This document shows, one piece after another, positions 30,331 through 30,508 of a stretch of 30,508 nucleotides of DNA. Where the stretch lies: positions 1-30,508 of the forward strand of contig CDRNVI010000230.1 of NCBI GenBank assembly GCA_977017575.1, given 5' to 3'. This DNA is from Paramoeba atlantica. Taxonomy: Eukaryota > Protista > Discosea. Each line of letters begins with the position of its first letter. Position 1 is the first letter of the stretch. A model generated the notes under the pieces. The model made no database searches. It was not told the origin of the DNA and worked only from the letters and a program-made list of their open reading frames with translations. Made by a program: the position numbers and the translations under genes.

Positions 30331-30508
30331 ATGTTCAACCAACCTAAAAGAAATACAAAATCCTCAGCTGCTGGATTTACATCTCAGCCATCAAGCCAGC
30401 CTGTCAGACATTCGGGCATGTCACCTATCTCATTAAGCAGCTTGACAGAAACCTCATCACCTTCTATCGAACAAGCATTACTGCAAACACACTTCAAGTG
30501 TCCAATAC
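30331..30508 (+). CDS. N-terminus of a protein running off the window; S/T/P-rich leader then ..HFKCPI
   Basis: AAAGGAG at ~30316-30322, ATG 30331, open to the end of the window (59 codons; too short for the ORF track). Confidence 0.6.
   Translation, partial: MFNQPKRNTKSSAAGFTSQPSSQPVRHSGMSPISLSSLTETSSPSIEQALLQTHFKCPI

Larger units (their letters stand above)
24521..30508. other. Bacterial-type DNA segment
   Basis: Abrupt loss of homopolymeric introns, abundant CpG, intronless overlapping ORFs, Shine-Dalgarno motifs (AGGAG 26465, AGGAG 26954, GGAGG upstream of 29443, AAAGGAG ~30316), a group II intron and a serine recombinase. Confidence 0.93.

Overview
The window is a eukaryotic chromosome end joined to bacterial-type DNA. 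Bases 1-700 are a (CCCTAAA)n telomere attached directly to the integrase coding sequence of a decayed Ty3/gypsy element. From 701 to 14847 is a stack of nested retroelements, mostly on the minus strand. It holds gypsy-1, an LTR inserted into its protease, a 5'-truncated Ty1/copia, a 228-bp inverted duplication, and an LTR-to-LTR chromodomain gypsy (281-bp LTRs, CCAC target duplication). That last element itself carries two solo LTRs and one poly(A) retroposed insert, each with its own target-site duplication. These repeats show a strong C-to-T/G-to-A mutation bias. From 14916 to 24517 is a tandem array of intron-rich ankyrin-repeat genes on the minus strand, with roughly one repeat per exon: two complete copies and a third missing its 5' end. 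At 24520/24521, exactly at a splice acceptor of the third copy, the sequence switches to CpG-rich, intronless DNA with Shine-Dalgarno sites. This bacterial part carries an internally deleted group IIB intron (absent from the ORF track), a coupled DUF2924 / large serine recombinase / HTH-like module, and small hypothetical, possibly effector-like genes. Whether the junction is a real bacterial-to-nuclear insertion or an assembly chimera cannot be settled from sequence alone. The host looks like a protist rather than a land plant, but I cannot identify it. All domain calls are by motif recognition; no searches were run.
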